Shown here: positions 25,173 to 26,415 of the stretch, in pieces
How positions within the stretch are numbered: the stretch's first letter is position 1
How the letters are laid out: every line of letters starts with the position of its first letter
Virus record (IMG/VR): IMGVR_UViG_3300038530_002606
Location: 1-26,415 of that record
Direction: 5' to 3' (one strand)
DNA from: a virus
Lineage: Duplodnaviria; Caudoviricetes
Length of the DNA stretch: 26,415 nt
Translations under genes and position numbers: made by a program
Notes under the pieces: model-generated
Told to the model about the DNA's origin: nothing
The model's database searches: none
What the model saw: only the letters and a program-made list of their open reading frames with translations

Positions 25173-25324
25173 TTCTTCTTGCCCTTCTTCCAGCCGCCAC
25201 CTTTGGATTTGTACCATTTTGCAGCCCATCCGTTGGCGTATGCGGAGGGGTAGACCTTGAACTTAGATTTCGCCAGCGACTTCGCTCGGCTCCATAACGA
25301 TGGATTGGTTGGGACGTTTGCCAT
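25169..25324 (-). CDS. Small basic protein (51 aa; resembles the N-terminal half of DUF5872)
   Basis: Not in the track. MANVPTNPSLWSRAKSLAKSKFKVYPSAYANGWAAKWYKSKGGGWKKGKKK, with a YPSAYA...YK.KGG motif. Confidence 0.8.
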   Translation of the reverse strand: MANVPTNPSLWSRAKSLAKSKFKVYPSAYANGWAAKWYKSKGGGWKKGKKK

Positions 25325-25325
25325 G

Positions 25326-25469
25326 TCACTTCTTGGGCTTGGTATGCCCGTAGCCCTTCTTCTTGAGTTCCAGATGCTTCTCCATCGTGGTCACTCTCAC
25401 AGACTTACCATTCTTGTACATCATGTGGGCTTTCATGGCTTTGCCCATACGCTTCTTCATGTGTTTCAT
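25326..25469 (-). CDS. Small Lys/Met/His-rich protein (47 aa)
   Basis: Not in the track. TAATG coupling; MKHMKKRMGKAMKAHMMYKNGKSVRVTTMEKHLELKKKGYGHTKPKK. Confidence 0.8.
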   Translation of the reverse strand: MKHMKKRMGKAMKAHMMYKNGKSVRVTTMEKHLELKKKGYGHTKPKK

Positions 25470-25747
25470 TAGCACTTCCAACGCCGTCTAGCGGCACAGA
25501 TCCTTTTCTTTGGAGTCTTGGAACAGTTGATGCCGTGCATCTTCATCTGACCCTTTGACCTCGCACAGTATGACGTACGACGCTTGCCTCCGCCGGGCTG
25601 TGGAGCCTTGAGTTTGCTGCCAGTCGCACGGTTGTATTTGGCCCTGCCCTTGGCAGTCAGACCCGCACCCTTGGAAACAGGCAACTTTTCGCCCCTGCTG
25701 ATCGACAGGCTGACTGCTTTCTTCATTCGCTTGCGGGCATGTTTCAT
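25469..25747 (-). CDS. Small basic protein, DUF6321-like (92 aa)
   Basis: ATGA coupling and GAGG RBS at 25747; GLTAKGRAKYNRATGSKLKAP...RRTSYCARS...ARRRWKC; family name recalled, not searched. Confidence 0.8.
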   Translation of the reverse strand: MKHARKRMKKAVSLSISRGEKLPVSKGAGLTAKGRAKYNRATGSKLKAPQPGGGKRRTSYCARSKGQMKMHGINCSKTPKKRICAARRRWKC

Positions 25748-26166
25748 AAAGACCTCTTGCGGGATGGTGTCCAAACCCACCATGCCGCTCCATACAGAAG
25801 CATCGGATTAGGGTCTGGGGCTACCGCAAAGTCTATCTCAGGGAAAGGGTTCTCTCTGATGGAAGGCAGCAGCGGTGGAACGTACGGGAACAATGTTTTG
25901 GCTGGCCTGAACCGGAGGAGAGATCGGTCAACCGGAGGTTGCGGAGAGTAAGCAACCACACGGCTGGGTTCTGGGTCAACACGAACAACACGCTCAACCG
26001 TATCCAACATTTCGTACAGCACCGCTGCTGCTTCACGACCTGCAAGCGTCAAACCAATAGTCAATGCCAAAGTCAAACGCTTGTTCTTGGCTTCTAGTTG
26101 ACTTTTCTGCTGCTCGCAGTCAACAAAGCCTTGCTTGATTCGCTTCTCACATACAGGACATTCCAC
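25744..26166 (-). CDS. Membrane protein with CxxC, coiled coil, TM and a PEP-CTERM-like C-terminus (140 aa)
   Basis: CPVC, LTLALTIGLTLAG TM, a Pro-rich region, and the ending VAPDPNPMLLYGAAWWVWTPSRKRSL. Confidence 0.65.
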   Translation of the reverse strand: MECPVCEKRIKQGFVDCEQQKSQLEAKNKRLTLALTIGLTLAGREAAAVLYEMLDTVERVVRVDPEPSRVVAYSPQPPVDRSLLRFRPAKTLFPYVPPLLPSIRENPFPEIDFAVAPDPNPMLLYGAAWWVWTPSRKRSL

Positions 26167-26415
26167 ACCACCAGCATCGGGTCTTACCTAACTTAACACC
26201 CAAAATGCGTCGTATATTTTTTGGGGATATGTAATATGTAATGAGGGTAGGGGTGTGGATCTGGTTTGCGGCATCGTGGGTGCATGCCTGCAAAAAATCG
26301 CCTGTACAGCCCCAAAAAAGCCATGTTTCGCCGTGGGTCAAGCGTTCGGATGGTCCGTGCGTGCAGTATTGATCTGCCCGCGCGCACGTGCGAGAGGGTT
26401 TGTGTTCTGACCGTA
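26167..26415. promoter_or_regulatory. Non-coding region upstream of the late operon (promoter and possible packaging or terminus signals)
   Basis: No credible ORF. Contains an atatgta tandem repeat (26227-26242), flanking G-runs, A6 tracts 22 bp apart, and the palindrome cgcacgtgcg (26383-26392). Confidence 0.45.

Noticed and set aside
473-25951. All plus-strand ORFs in the track, and short alternative-frame minus-strand ORFs
   Set aside because: They are shadows of a continuous, coupled minus-strand operon and show no recognisable motifs.
26310-26341. Sigma70 promoter from TTGACC on the minus strand
   Set aside because: The hexamer at 17-bp spacing is TTTTTG, not a credible -10 element.
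1-26415. tRNA/rRNA genes, integrase, transposons and stop-codon reassignment
   Set aside because: There is almost no intergenic space and no such motifs were seen; core genes are full-length under the standard code.

Overview
This window is the packaging and virion-morphogenesis operon of a tailed dsDNA phage (Caudoviricetes). Every credible gene is on the minus strand, tightly packed and often translationally coupled. Reading right to left: a non-coding control region; a membrane protein with a PEP-CTERM-like tail; a run of tiny Lys/Met-rich ORFs and a small HNH gene; putative TerS; an endonuclease VII-type gene wedged over the terS/terL junction; TerL; portal; an FmdB-like protein; scaffold; major capsid protein; a decoration-like protein; three overlapping membrane genes; a LamG-like protein; adaptor; a tube-like protein; a 115-aa protein where a tape measure would normally sit; two tail-tip-like proteins; an 1100-aa protein with about 73 Cys and a CxxC-rich neighbour; a beta-helix-like protein; and two large ejection-type proteins. 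The last of these (>1162 aa, absent from the ORF track because it runs off the window) carries an HExxH zincin motif. Several motifs hint at a Planctomycetota (Phycisphaerae-like) host, which is inference only. The main leads are a podo-like head and ejection set combined with a minimal sipho-like tail, the Cys-rich tail protein with a possible CxxC folding partner, and small basic peptides sharing a leader motif. All family assignments come from motif recognition and gene order; no searches were run.
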